Positions 47,366-56,982 of a DNA stretch of 64,000 bases are shown here, in pieces; position 1 is the stretch's first letter, and the number at the start of each line of letters is the position of its first letter. The notes beneath the pieces were generated by a model. That model did not search any database. It was not told where the DNA came from and saw only the letters and a program-made list of their open reading frames with translations. The stretch lies in the NCBI GenBank assembly GCA_002721815.1, contig PBLQ01000021.1, positions 65,460 through 129,459 on the forward strand, written 5' to 3'. Both the position numbers and the translations under genes were made by a program. The DNA is from Myxococcales bacterium. GTDB taxonomy: Bacteria; Myxococcota; UBA727; GCA-2721815.

Positions 47366-49591
47366 ATGACGGCACGACTGATTTATACAACCATCTTGAG
47401 TTGGGCTTTATTGCTCGGTTGTCTGCGCGAGCGCGAAGAATGGACGCCGCCCGAGGATGTGGGTGGTCCCGGACAGCCTTGCTATTCCGACAACACCTGC
47501 AACGAAGGGCTGGATTGCGAAGAAGGGGTTTGTGTGGATCCGGCAGCGCTGGCACCGGCTGGGCCAGATGCTGGACCAAAGCCAGCCACTATTCAAGTAA
47601 GTACGGACTCGTTGAATTATGGTGTGGTTGACGTTGGCTCAATTTCGACGCTCCTTGTAGACATAACAAATACCGGCGATGAAGAACTGGAAGTTACGAA
47701 CTTTTCCATTATCCCGTCAGGCTATCTTTTTGCTGTAGAAGAAGATGCACCTTTGTGGGTGCTGCCGGGCCAAAGCGAAAGAATCCATGTCGCTTTTTGG
47801 CCCACCGCGGTGGACCAGTACATTGGCTCACTCAAAATCTACAGCAACGATGACAACCGAGGGGTTGCATTAATAAATCTTGATGGTGTGGCCGAAACCT
47901 TTTGTGGCAGTTGCAATTCACCGCCTGCATCCATTTGTCACCCCAGCGGCGATCTTTTACATTTTATTGAAGATGGCCCTTGTTCTGATGGAGAAGGCAG
48001 CTGCTCGTACACCGCGGTGATGGAAGAATGCGCAAATTTTTGTGAAATAGATGTGTGTCTCGGAGGAGCATCAAGTACCGACGGTGGTGCGCCAGAAACC
48101 GCTGAGCCTGTGGACGCCGGCCATACCGCTAGTCCCTCTCATGACGCCGGCCATTCCTCCAGTACCTGCATCGACCCAGACGATGACGGTATTTGTTCTG
48201 AAAATGACAACTGCCCCCTCATCCCCAACTCCGAACAAGCAGACAGCGATGGGGACGGTGTGGGAAACCTTTGCGATACCTGTCCAGAGGGAATGTCACC
48301 CGATGAAGAAGCGGCAGGGCCTTTCAGTGATTACGATTACGACAGCGATGGTTGCCAAGATCATATTGAAGATAACGACGATGATAACGATGGGGTTTCA
48401 AACAACGTCGATAATTGCCTAAGAGGCGAATTGAATTGGACCTCCGATTCACAGACCGATATCGATAGCGATGGGTGTCGTGACGACAGCCTTGAGGACC
48501 TTGATGATGATAATGATGGGGTGTCCGATGGGGTTTGGGTAAAAGTAGTCGCCAGCCGACAACATGTGTGTGGGATTTACAGTACCGGAGCCTTAAGATG
48601 CTGGGGGGAATACCCTTTTTCAGAAGGAGACAATTTTTCATCAACCGATGGCTCCGAAGATGGAGGCAACAAAGATTCGACAGTAGGTTGGCGTGATGTC
48701 ACAGTATCTGCTAACTATGGGACTTGCGGGGTCAGAAACGATAGTTCGCTCGCATGTTGGGATGGGCCTTCTATAAATGAAATATTTACGGCCTATTCTG
48801 GTGATGAGGAGAACCCCACTCAAGGATGGAAAACCATTAGTCTGGGGGGCTCGGATTATGAGGGAGTTTTTCTTTTTTGTGGTACCAAGGAAGATGGCAC
48901 CATAGCTTGTGGCGGAGATTATGAAGAACCTGCGAATACTCAGGTGCCGATAACCTCGACTACTTGGCAAATGGTAAGTGTTGCTATGTCATTCGCTTGT
49001 GGTTTACACGGCTCAGGTGAGTTGACTTGTTGGGGATGGAATAACATTACCGATCATGAAGAGGAAACACAACGAATAGGTGGAACCGAACAGCATGTTA
49101 GCGATCGTCGCTATAAATCCGTTTCTACCGGAATATACGCAAGCAATAGGCAGTATGTTTGTGCCGTTAGAAAGAATGGTGTTTTAGACTGCTGGGATTA
49201 CAGTAATGAAGCGCAATTGACAGAGGGCTTTCCAAGTTTTGCGCAAGGGAAATGGGAAAGTGTCAGTACGGGGCTGCATCATGCATGCGGTATTTTAGAC
49301 GATGGAACTATGGAGTGCTGGGGGAATTGTGACGGATCAGGTTATTGCGATGTGCTTGATAATAGCGATTGGATAGCAGTAAGTGTAAACAATAGATTTT
49401 CTTGTGGCATCAGAAGGAACGGCACTTTGGAATGTTGGGGAGAAGACTCTAACGGTCAGTTAAGCGTGCCCGAAATGAGCGGAGGCGACAACTGCCCCCT
49501 CATCCCCAACCCCGATCAAGCAGACAGCGATAACGATGGCATTGGCGATGCCTGTGATGGGGATTCATCGGTGGTTGACGGCGGTACCTAA
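47366..49591 (+). CDS. Lipoprotein with Ig-like (ASH/choice-of-anchor D) domain, thrombospondin type-3 repeats and RCC1-like repeats
   Basis: Lipobox [52 protein letters not shown] repeats. Confidence 0.82.
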   Translation: MTARLIYTTILSWALLLGCLREREEWTPPEDVGGPGQPCYSDNTCNEGLDCEEGVCVDPAALAPAGPDAGPKPATIQVSTDSLNYGVVDVGSISTLLVDITNTGDEELEVTNFSIIPSGYLFAVEEDAPLWVLPGQSERIHVAFWPTAVDQYIGSLKIYSNDDNRGVALINLDGVAETFCGSCNSPPASICHPSGDLLHFIEDGPCSDGEGSCSYTAVMEECANFCEIDVCLGGASSTDGGAPETAEPVDAGHTASPSHDAGHSSSTCIDPDDDGICSENDNCPLIPNSEQADSDGDGVGNLCDTCPEGMSPDEEAAGPFSDYDYDSDGCQDHIEDNDDDNDGVSNNVDNCLRGELNWTSDSQTDIDSDGCRDDSLEDLDDDNDGVSDGVWVKVVASRQHVCGIYSTGALRCWGEYPFSEGDNFSSTDGSEDGGNKDSTVGWRDVTVSANYGTCGVRNDSSLACWDGPSINEIFTAYSGDEENPTQGWKTISLGGSDYEGVFLFCGTKEDGTIACGGDYEEPANTQVPITSTTWQMVSVAMSFACGLHGSGELTCWGWNNITDHEEETQRIGGTEQHVSDRRYKSVSTGIYASNRQYVCAVRKNGVLDCWDYSNEAQLTEGFPSFAQGKWESVSTGLHHACGILDDGTMECWGNCDGSGYCDVLDNSDWIAVSVNNRFSCGIRRNGTLECWGEDSNGQLSVPEMSGGDNCPLIPNPDQADSDNDGIGDACDGDSSVVDGGT
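48206..48250 (+). repeat. 45-nt direct repeat, copy 1 (TSP3-coding)
   Basis: GACAACTGCCCCCTCATCCCCAACTCCGAACAAGCAGACAGCGAT, 2 mismatches to 49487-49531. Confidence 0.9.
49487..49531 (+). repeat. 45-nt direct repeat, copy 2
   Basis: GACAACTGCCCCCTCATCCCCAACCCCGATCAAGCAGACAGCGAT. Confidence 0.9.
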
Positions 49592-49745
49592 ACCACAAAT
49601 TCAGACGCCGGCAATACCGCTGCCCCCTCCCATGACGCTGGCCAAATCAATTCTTCGCCATTGATTGATGGAGGTGTCACTGAAGTGCCTTAGCGATACA
49701 ATGAATCATTCGCACCCTTACCGGCTACAAAGTTAAAACCCCCCC

Positions 49746-49774
49746 AAAAGCCGCCCCCGGGGCGGTTTTTTTGT
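49746..49774 (+). terminator. Rho-independent terminator, copy B
   Basis: AAAAGCCGCCCCCGGGGCGGTTTTTTT, near-identical to 46319-46348. Confidence 0.85.
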
Positions 49775-49880
49775 GCGCTCGAGTTGAGTCCTGCGAGGGG
49801 AAACCCTATATTTAAAAAAAGCACATGCATCGGACATGGGGATGTCCAACACTGAGGTGCGTGTGCCTAGGGGAGGAAAG

Positions 49881-50348
49881 ATGCTTCACAAATCAGCTGT
49901 TATGGCCAAAGACATCATGATTACCACGGTGCGTTCGGTGCGTGCCCGTGACTCCATTTTCGACGCCACACAGATGTTATGTAAAAACGGGTTTTCGGGG
50001 GCACCCGTTTTGGACGATGATGGACGTCTGCAGGGCATTCTGTCCGAAAAAGATTGTATTCATGCTTTTTTAAATGCCATCCATCACCGCTCACCGCCCG
50101 TCCTGGTTGAAGAGGTGATGACCACGCAAGTGATCACCGTAACCGAAGAAACCGGCATTTTAGATGTGGCCCATTTGTTCGTCGATAAAGGATTGCGAAG
50201 GGTGCCTGTTACCCGTGAGGGTTTGCTGGTGGGTCAAATCAGTCGCCGGGATTTGTTGCGTCAAATATTACAAATCTTTGAGGGCTCTAAAGATCATGAA
50301 GCCGCCATCTTATATTTGAGCGCGCTGGAACGAAGCGCCCCCGTATAG
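49881..50348 (+). CDS. CBS-domain pair protein
   Basis: AKDIM, SGAPVLDDDGRLQGILSEKD, VEEVMT, RRVPV..GLLVGQISRRDLL. GGAGG RBS. Confidence 0.9.
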   Translation: MLHKSAVMAKDIMITTVRSVRARDSIFDATQMLCKNGFSGAPVLDDDGRLQGILSEKDCIHAFLNAIHHRSPPVLVEEVMTTQVITVTEETGILDVAHLFVDKGLRRVPVTREGLLVGQISRRDLLRQILQIFEGSKDHEAAILYLSALERSAPV

Positions 50349-50473
50349 GTAAGATGGTGCCCCAAGATTCCTGGGCCGATGCGCTCATTTGGGCCTTTGG
50401 AGGCACGGCGCAGGAGCAAAAACCCGAATTGCTGAACCAGGAATCCCATCATTTGAGCTGTTTCGTTCGGTGC
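50322..50473 (+). ncRNA. Candidate rod-like structured RNA (6S-like motifs)
   Basis: Three nested complementary segments: 50322-50337/50459-50473, 50353-50357/50446-50450, 50366-50374/50437-50445. Not model-verified. Confidence 0.3.
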
Positions 50474-50579
50474 CCCAAAAATAAAAAACGTTTAAAAACA
50501 GTTAATTAAAGCGTTTTGGCCCCCAATTGACAGCATCCCCCATTTGACGGACGCCAAAGAATGATTTTAGTGGCTATAT

Positions 50580-50602
50580 AAAACCGAACGCTATTCGGTT
50601 TT
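50580..50602. promoter_or_regulatory. Perfect inverted repeat, putative repressor operator upstream of acyl-CoA dehydrogenase copy 2
   Basis: AAAACCGAA-CGCTA-TTCGGTTTT, 28 nt before the ATG. Confidence 0.5.
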
Positions 50603-50630
50603 TTTGATCTGACAGGGAAAGGGGCGCCAC

Positions 50631-52454
50631 ATGAGCATGACTCACCATTATAAAAGTAACCTTCGAGATATTTACTTCAATTTATTCGAAATGAATGGGG
50701 TGCAAAATTACGCCTTGGGCAAAGGGCCTTATGCCAACATGGATGAAGACACCATGAAGGACATCCTCAAAACATTTGAAGGGGTGTGCCAAGATGATTT
50801 TGCCCGCTCCTTTGTGGAATCTGATCGTGTCCCACTGCAACTGACTGATGAGGGCGATGTGATTTTGCCCGAAGGTTTAAAGCAAACCATGAAATCCTTC
50901 TTTGACGGTGAGTGGCACCGTATGGAGTTGCCCGAGCACCTGGGTGGTTACGGCATTCCTCGGTCGGCTTATTGGGGCGCTTACGAGCTGATGGTGGGGG
51001 CCAATCCCGCCGCGACCTTTTACTTATTTGGTAACTTTGTGGCCATGGCCATTGATGGCATGGGGACCGAAACGCAAAAGCAGCGATTTGTGCAACCCAT
51101 TTTAGATCGCCACTGGGGCGGCACCATGGTTCTCACCGAGCCGAATGCAGGCAGCGATGTGGGCGCGGGCCGTTCCAAAGCACGACACATTGAAGGCGAC
51201 GTTTATGAGCTGGAAGGCGTCAAACGTTTTATTACCAACGGTGATTTTGACGGTGTGGAAAACATCGTCCACTTGGTGTTGGCACGGCCTGAAGGTGCAG
51301 GGGGCGGGACCAAGGGGTTATCCTTGTTTGTGGTGCCCAAATACTGGGTGAACGAAGACGGTTCTTTGGGTGAACGCAACGGCGTCTTCTGTACCAACAT
51401 CGAAAAGAAAATGGGCCTCAAGGGGTCTGCAACTTGCGAGATGACCCTGGGTGAAAACATGCCTTGCCGTGGCTTGTTACTCGGTGAAGTGCACAGCGGC
51501 ATTGCTCAAATGTTTAACGTGATCGAGTTTGCGCGCATGGCCATTGGGGTGAAATCAGCCTCCACTTTATCGACGGCTTATTTGAATTCTTTGGAATATG
51601 CCAAAGATCGTGTTCAAGGGCCGGACATGAAAAACGCCATGGACAAAAGTTCACCTCGAGTGAGCATTATCAACCATCCCAACGTGCGCCGAAATCTGTA
51701 TCAGCAAAAAGCATACGCAGAAGGATTGCGTGCGTTGAACCTTTACGTGGGATCTCTTCAAGACAAAGTGGCTTTGGCTGAAGCGGCTGGCGACCAAGAG
51801 CTGGCTGAAGACCTCGCCTTGCGCAATGACTTGTTGTTGCCCATCGTCAAAGGTTTTGGTTCTGAAAAGGTGTACCAGTTGTTGTCTGATTCGTTGCAGG
51901 TTTTGGGCGGCTCAGGCTACTGCATGGATTATCCTCACGAGCAATACATTCGAGATCAAAAAATCGATACGCTCTATGAAGGAACCACGCACATTCAATC
52001 TTTAGACCTCATCTTTAGAAAGATCGTTCGAGACAATGGCGCCTCCTTAAAGACGTTCTTAAAAGATGTGGAGTTAACGATTTCTTCCGAAGAGGGAGGC
52101 GAAGAACTAGCGGAAGCACGGGGGGCCTTGGCCAAGGCGTTGCATTCGTTGGGCAGCATGTTTGAGGGGCTGCTGCCCAAAATGATGGAGTCGGTTTACC
52201 ACGTGGGTCTCCACGGTAATCGGATTCTGATGGCATTGGGGGAAACTGTGGTGGCTTGGTTGTTAATTCGACAAGCGGCTGTTGCCGCAACAAAGCTGCC
52301 CGATGCGGTGGGCGCTGATGCCCACTTCTATAAAGGGAAAATCACGGCGGCACGTTTCTTTGCACGGGAGCGTTTGCCTGAAGTGACTTTGCACCAAAAG
52401 GTTGTGAGTAACAGCGTTTTGGATCTGATGGAGCTGCAAGAAGAAGATTTCTAG
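50631..52454 (+). CDS. Acyl-CoA dehydrogenase, copy 2 (FadE5-like long type)
   Basis: Same motifs as copy 1 (GTMVLTEPNAGSDVG, TLYEGTT), colinear over the full length. Confidence 0.93.
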   Translation: MSMTHHYKSNLRDIYFNLFEMNGVQNYALGKGPYANMDEDTMKDILKTFEGVCQDDFARSFVESDRVPLQLTDEGDVILPEGLKQTMKSFFDGEWHRMELPEHLGGYGIPRSAYWGAYELMVGANPAATFYLFGNFVAMAIDGMGTETQKQRFVQPILDRHWGGTMVLTEPNAGSDVGAGRSKARHIEGDVYELEGVKRFITNGDFDGVENIVHLVLARPEGAGGGTKGLSLFVVPKYWVNEDGSLGERNGVFCTNIEKKMGLKGSATCEMTLGENMPCRGLLLGEVHSGIAQMFNVIEFARMAIGVKSASTLSTAYLNSLEYAKDRVQGPDMKNAMDKSSPRVSIINHPNVRRNLYQQKAYAEGLRALNLYVGSLQDKVALAEAAGDQELAEDLALRNDLLLPIVKGFGSEKVYQLLSDSLQVLGGSGYCMDYPHEQYIRDQKIDTLYEGTTHIQSLDLIFRKIVRDNGASLKTFLKDVELTISSEEGGEELAEARGALAKALHSLGSMFEGLLPKMMESVYHVGLHGNRILMALGETVVAWLLIRQAAVAATKLPDAVGADAHFYKGKITAARFFARERLPEVTLHQKVVSNSVLDLMELQEEDF

Positions 52455-52500
52455 CGTTTCTCATTCCCGGGGGGGAAGTGAAAATCAGACTTGGGGATAT

Positions 52501-52529
52501 GCCCTCGCTGCAAGGCGGGGGCTTTTTTT
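52501..52529 (+). terminator. Intrinsic terminator between convergent genes
   Basis: GCCCTCGC..GCGGGGGC hairpin followed by a T-run. Confidence 0.65.
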
Positions 52530-53817
52530 ATGCCTGCCCCAGTTGGCTGGCCAATTCGCGGGCCTGAACAATGTTGTCTTCAATGGCGCAATAGGTCCAA
52601 TCCCCGTACCGGCCAATGCTGTGAATGCCTTGGGCTTCCAGCTGGGGTTTCAAGTTTTGCCATTGGGTGAGCGCCGCTTGATTGATGTGGACATAGGCGG
52701 GATTCATGATCACGGAATGCCAAGAAATGAGTTGTTGTTCCTTAACGATGCCAGCTTTACTCAAATCCGCTAAAACCCGCTCTTTCTCCGCTTCAACATC
52801 CAGTGCCTCGTCGTCTTTGGCACCAATTTCCACGTACAGGCTCATGCGATCGGTGCCAAAAATATTGTCATAAAACCCCACCCGATAAAATCGCAAATCT
52901 CTTTGGGGGAAATAAAGCCAGTTCACATTGTCAGGCCCTTTGGCATCAAACCCGAGATTGAACACCAAGACTTTGTTCCAGGAGAAAACAGTTTCATCAA
53001 AGGGCAAGCCACTCATGCGCAACAGGTGCACCAAGGGGACAGAGGAAACCAAATGCGTATATTGAACGGGCCCTTGCGAGGTGTGCGCTGTTTTTTGGGC
53101 CACGTCCAAACCATCGAGAGAGGTGTTGTATTGCAGCAAGTCTTCAGGCAGATCGTGCAGCAGTGCATTCACGTATTCGATGGCGCCACCTTCGGGGTAG
53201 GTGAAGGTGCTGTTGTAACTTTGGTTGTTGGCCTGCCGCATGTTGCGAATGATATCGTCGGTGTCGGCATGGGGAAAAAAGCGCCCCATGGCATTCACAT
53301 CGAGCTCACCCAAATCACAGGCGTAAAGCTTTTCATTGTACGGAATCAGGAACTTCTCGGAGATGCCTTTTCCCAAGCGCGCAAAAAGCATCTCTTTAAA
53401 GTTGGCCGGCGTGTCGTAAGGGTAGTCTTCGCCTTTAAAATACAGGTCGGCCAAACATTGGGTGAATTCTTCTTGGGGCAGCTGGTGGATGTTTTTTTGA
53501 AAAGGGAAATCGATCCAGCGATCGCCATAATAGATGGATGACTTTTTGGCGACCGTTTTTATATTTTGCCCGGGCATCCGTTGCCGCAGCCAGCTTTCGA
53601 TTTCAGGGTGTTTAAAATGGAAGAAGTGGCCTGAATAATCCCAGACAAACCCATCTTGTTTGATGGTTTTACAATAGCCACCGGGACCCTCATCGCGGTC
53701 AATAATGAGAATGCTGGGCATGGGTTTTTGTGCATCTTTGGCTTGTTGCCGGAGCGCATTGGCGGTGGCCAGTCCACTGATGCCAGCACCCACGATGAGA
53801 TAGTCCACTTGTTTCAT
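52528..53817 (-). CDS. FAD-dependent oxidoreductase (HemY/UDP-galactopyranose-mutase-like fold)
   Basis: IVGAGISGL, GGYCKT, DYSGHFFHF, PYNEKLY, YPEGG, IGRYGDWTY. Confidence 0.85.
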   Translation of the reverse strand: MKQVDYLIVGAGISGLATANALRQQAKDAQKPMPSILIIDRDEGPGGYCKTIKQDGFVWDYSGHFFHFKHPEIESWLRQRMPGQNIKTVAKKSSIYYGDRWIDFPFQKNIHQLPQEEFTQCLADLYFKGEDYPYDTPANFKEMLFARLGKGISEKFLIPYNEKLYACDLGELDVNAMGRFFPHADTDDIIRNMRQANNQSYNSTFTYPEGGAIEYVNALLHDLPEDLLQYNTSLDGLDVAQKTAHTSQGPVQYTHLVSSVPLVHLLRMSGLPFDETVFSWNKVLVFNLGFDAKGPDNVNWLYFPQRDLRFYRVGFYDNIFGTDRMSLYVEIGAKDDEALDVEAEKERVLADLSKAGIVKEQQLISWHSVIMNPAYVHINQAALTQWQNLKPQLEAQGIHSIGRYGDWTYCAIEDNIVQARELASQLGQA

Positions 53818-53839
53818 GATTTGAGGGCCTCTTGCTGCA

Positions 53840-55258
53840 TTACTTCTCTACTGTGGGCTGGGTGTGCACCCGAATCAAGTCAGGTTTGCGAAAATCATCT
53901 TTCTTTTTACCGGGTCGTTTTCTTTTTTTCTTGGCCGGCTTGTTTTTAGGCGGTGGCGGTGTTTCTGCCTTGACCGGTTGTGTTGGCGGTACAGGGGCCG
54001 TTTCAATGGGGGTGGGTGGGGGGGACGGCGGTGTGGGGGGAGGCGGCTTTTGGGTGACCGGTTCGGCAGGCCGGATGGGCAGGGGTTGGGGGGCCAAAGC
54101 ATAGGTGGCGATGCCCCAGGCCAGCAGTGCGCTGCAAGCGAACAGGATGACGGAAAAAAGAATCAGAGTGGGGCGGTCGTTATTGGACGTTCCTGGATGG
54201 GTAGGTCCTGTTCGATGAGAGACCGTGCGCTCATGGTCCATGCCAAAAGAAAAGCGGGTGGCTGGTGCGGTGGGGTCTTCAGAGTTGGAGTCGTGAAAAT
54301 TCCCGTTGGCTTGTGCCAAAATGGCCAGTTCGCCAGCCGCGGTGGGAGGAATGGTAAGGGCGTCTTCGCGCAGGGCCGTTTGGGTTTCCTCTGGAATGTC
54401 ATCAGGATTTTTGAGCGCCTGCGCCAATGCCGACTGAAAGGCGGCCATGTTTTTGTAGCGGTTGTCGGGGCTTTTGCAAAGGGCGCGCATGACGCATGCG
54501 TTGAGTGCCGGTGAAATGTCCGTATCGGAATTGACGGATGCCGGTGTTCGAGGCGGCACATGAACGTGTTGGTAACACAGGGTGGCTAAATCTTTGCCGC
54601 GGAAGGGAGGCTTTCCCGTGAGCATGGTGTATAAAACGATGCCCAGTGAATACAAATCGGAACGGCCGTCCACGTCGTAGCCTAAGAGTTGCTCTGGGGC
54701 CATGGTGCTGTACGTGCCCACAATGAGGCCGTCGCGGGTGAGGGTGTTTTCCGTTTCATCCAGAATCTTGGCCACGCCAAAATCCAATAACTTTACAAAA
54801 TCGGTGTCGTCCTTTTTCTGTGTCAAAATCACATTGGCCGGTTTTAAATCACGATGGATAATTCCTTGCTCGTGAGCAGCCCCCAAAGCACTGCACATAT
54901 GCGATGTAATGTGAACGGCGCGTTCAGCGGACAAAAATGGTTTGTCCCTGAGCGCTTGGGAAAGGACGACCCCTTCGATCAGCTCCATGACCAGGTACAG
55001 TTCGCCTTCTTTGGTTTTGCCAAAGTTGAGCACTTCCACCACATGTTCATTTTTGATGCGCCCGATGGAGCGGGCCTCCCGCAAAAATCGTTTTTCGGTG
55101 GCAGGGTCTGCCGTGAGATTGGGGTGTAAAATTTTGATGGCCACTTCTCGTTCGAGAATGGTGTGCACCCCTTTATAAACCACCCCCATGCCACCTTGGC
55201 CGATGACTTCTAAAAGGAGATAATCCCCCTGGATGGGATGTGGGAGCTGCTTTGCCAT
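53840..55258 (-). CDS. Hanks-type Ser/Thr protein kinase with TM and Pro/Lys-rich C-terminus
   Basis: GQGGMG, VAIK, HRDLKPAN, DFG, APE, SDLYSLG. Confidence 0.95.
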   Translation of the reverse strand: MAKQLPHPIQGDYLLLEVIGQGGMGVVYKGVHTILEREVAIKILHPNLTADPATEKRFLREARSIGRIKNEHVVEVLNFGKTKEGELYLVMELIEGVVLSQALRDKPFLSAERAVHITSHMCSALGAAHEQGIIHRDLKPANVILTQKKDDTDFVKLLDFGVAKILDETENTLTRDGLIVGTYSTMAPEQLLGYDVDGRSDLYSLGIVLYTMLTGKPPFRGKDLATLCYQHVHVPPRTPASVNSDTDISPALNACVMRALCKSPDNRYKNMAAFQSALAQALKNPDDIPEETQTALREDALTIPPTAAGELAILAQANGNFHDSNSEDPTAPATRFSFGMDHERTVSHRTGPTHPGTSNNDRPTLILFSVILFACSALLAWGIATYALAPQPLPIRPAEPVTQKPPPPTPPSPPPTPIETAPVPPTQPVKAETPPPPKNKPAKKKRKRPGKKKDDFRKPDLIRVHTQPTVEK

Positions 55259-55556
55259 GTTTTCTCATAGAACCTTTTGGGGGCCTGTGTATAATCCAGG
55301 ATAACGCGGCGCGTCAATAAGGTTTTAGCCAGCAAAAAGACTCAAAATACTGGAGGGTTACATATTTTCGTAATTGCTGCTTTCAGTGGTTTGTATAAAA
55401 GACGACCGAATTGATGGGTTTTCACTTGGATCATCCTCTTAATAAGGAAATCGGCGGTAACGGGCCCAGCTAAAATTGCTTCGCCATTGTCCCGGTGGTA
55501 ATTCTGAGCGGTCTCTGGCCCGATGAATTGCTAGTGGCATAACCGCAGAGGTGTAC

Positions 55557-56252
55557 ATGCCTTCACAAACAGATGCTTCACAAATCCACCCCGTCTGGGA
55601 AGAGAAATACCAAGCAGGACATGCAGAACGGTACCCTTGGGATGTGGTGGTTAGCTTTGTATATAAAAACCGGCCCAAAAATAAGCGCCTCAGTGATATT
55701 TCTGTTTGTGAAGTGGGGTTCGGCAGCGGCTGTAACTTGTGGTTTGCCGCCCGTGAAGGCTTTCAAGTATCGGGCATTGAAGGGAGCCCTGCGGCCGTTC
55801 GATTCGCTCAAAATCGATTCGCCGAAGAAGGCTTAAGCGGTGATTTACGCCTGGGTAATTTTTGTAACTTACCTTTTGAGAGCCTTTCTTTTGATTTGGT
55901 GATCGATCGCGCCTCTTTGGCATGTGTAGGGAAAGCAACAAACAAAGTTGCGCTAAGAGAAATCCATCGTGTCCTTAAGCCTGGGGGGAGATTTTTGTAT
56001 AACCCTTACGGAGCGGCGCATACCAGTAATGCGATGAGTTCTGAAGGACCGGATGGCTCAAGAACTCAAATACAAGGAGGCAGTTTGGTTGGGGTTGGAG
56101 ATATATCCTTTTACACTCAAACCGAATTGGAAGATTCGTTTACAGGCTTGGATTGGACATTTTTATCCATGGAGAATCGTCGGTTAGTTCAACACATTGG
56201 AGATGCCGATGTTATACATGAGGATTGGGTTGTTGTTGTTGAGAAAAGATAA
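55557..56252 (+). CDS. Class I SAM-dependent methyltransferase (polysaccharide/glycosylation-locus type)
   Basis: RYPWD, EVGFGSGCN, FDLVIDR, IHRVLKPGG. Confidence 0.9.
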   Translation: MPSQTDASQIHPVWEEKYQAGHAERYPWDVVVSFVYKNRPKNKRLSDISVCEVGFGSGCNLWFAAREGFQVSGIEGSPAAVRFAQNRFAEEGLSGDLRLGNFCNLPFESLSFDLVIDRASLACVGKATNKVALREIHRVLKPGGRFLYNPYGAAHTSNAMSSEGPDGSRTQIQGGSLVGVGDISFYTQTELEDSFTGLDWTFLSMENRRLVQHIGDADVIHEDWVVVVEKR

Positions 56253-56270
56253 CCGTAAGAAGGGGATGCA

Positions 56271-56972
56271 ATGATCGTTTCCATTTCACAACCAGCCTAT
56301 TTGCCTTGGTTGGGTTATTTTGACCGCTTGAGGCGCTCAGACGTGGCAGTGGTTCTTGACCATGTTCAGTTAGAGCGTCGTGGTTTTACGCATCGTAATA
56401 AAATTTTGAACCAAGGTAAGCCCATGTGGCTGAGCATTCCGCTTAACAAGAAAGGTAACTTTCAAACCACCATCAACGAGATAACGGTTAATAATGACGA
56501 GAAGTGGCAGCACAAACATTGGCAAACGATCTTACAATGCTACAAAAAAGCACCACATTTTATCGAATTGAAGAATGAACTGGCTTCATTTTACGAAAAA
56601 GATTGGGTGCTTCTTAACGAGCTTTTAAAATCCATGACGCCTTTTTGGATGGGGAAACTGGGGATAGATACTCCCATGGTGTTTAGTTCGGAGATAGAAT
56701 TACAGCATACGAAGAGTGATTTGATTTTGGAGTTATGTCGAAAACAAAAAGCGACCAAATATCTTTCCGGCCCTTTTGGTCGCGATTACTTAGAAACAAA
56801 AAGTTTTCAAGATGCAGGAATTGAAATCATTTATCACGATTATGAGCACCCTGTTTACCGGCAGCAATCAGATAATTTTGAACCATTTTTATCTATCCTA
56901 GACTTGATGGCTAATCACGGTGATGAATCCTTAAGCCTTCTAGCGGCCGGAAGCCCAGTAAAGAAAGCGTAA
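56271..56972 (+). CDS. WbqC-family protein
   Basis: QPAYLPWLGYF, DHVQ, HRNKI, YKKAPHF, YLSGPFGRDYL, LSILDL. Confidence 0.92.
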   Translation: MIVSISQPAYLPWLGYFDRLRRSDVAVVLDHVQLERRGFTHRNKILNQGKPMWLSIPLNKKGNFQTTINEITVNNDEKWQHKHWQTILQCYKKAPHFIELKNELASFYEKDWVLLNELLKSMTPFWMGKLGIDTPMVFSSEIELQHTKSDLILELCRKQKATKYLSGPFGRDYLETKSFQDAGIEIIYHDYEHPVYRQQSDNFEPFLSILDLMANHGDESLSLLAAGSPVKKA

Positions 56973-56982
56973 TGGATATACC

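Noticed and set aside
48206..49531. Diversity-generating retroelement TR/VR pair
   Set aside because: Both copies are coding in the same gene, only 45 nt long, the mismatches are not adenine-specific and no reverse transcriptase is in the window.
55453..55463. ops/JUMPstart element GGCGGTAACGG before the sugar genes
   Set aside because: It deviates from GGCGGTAGnnTG, and no RfaH/NusG paralog is in view.
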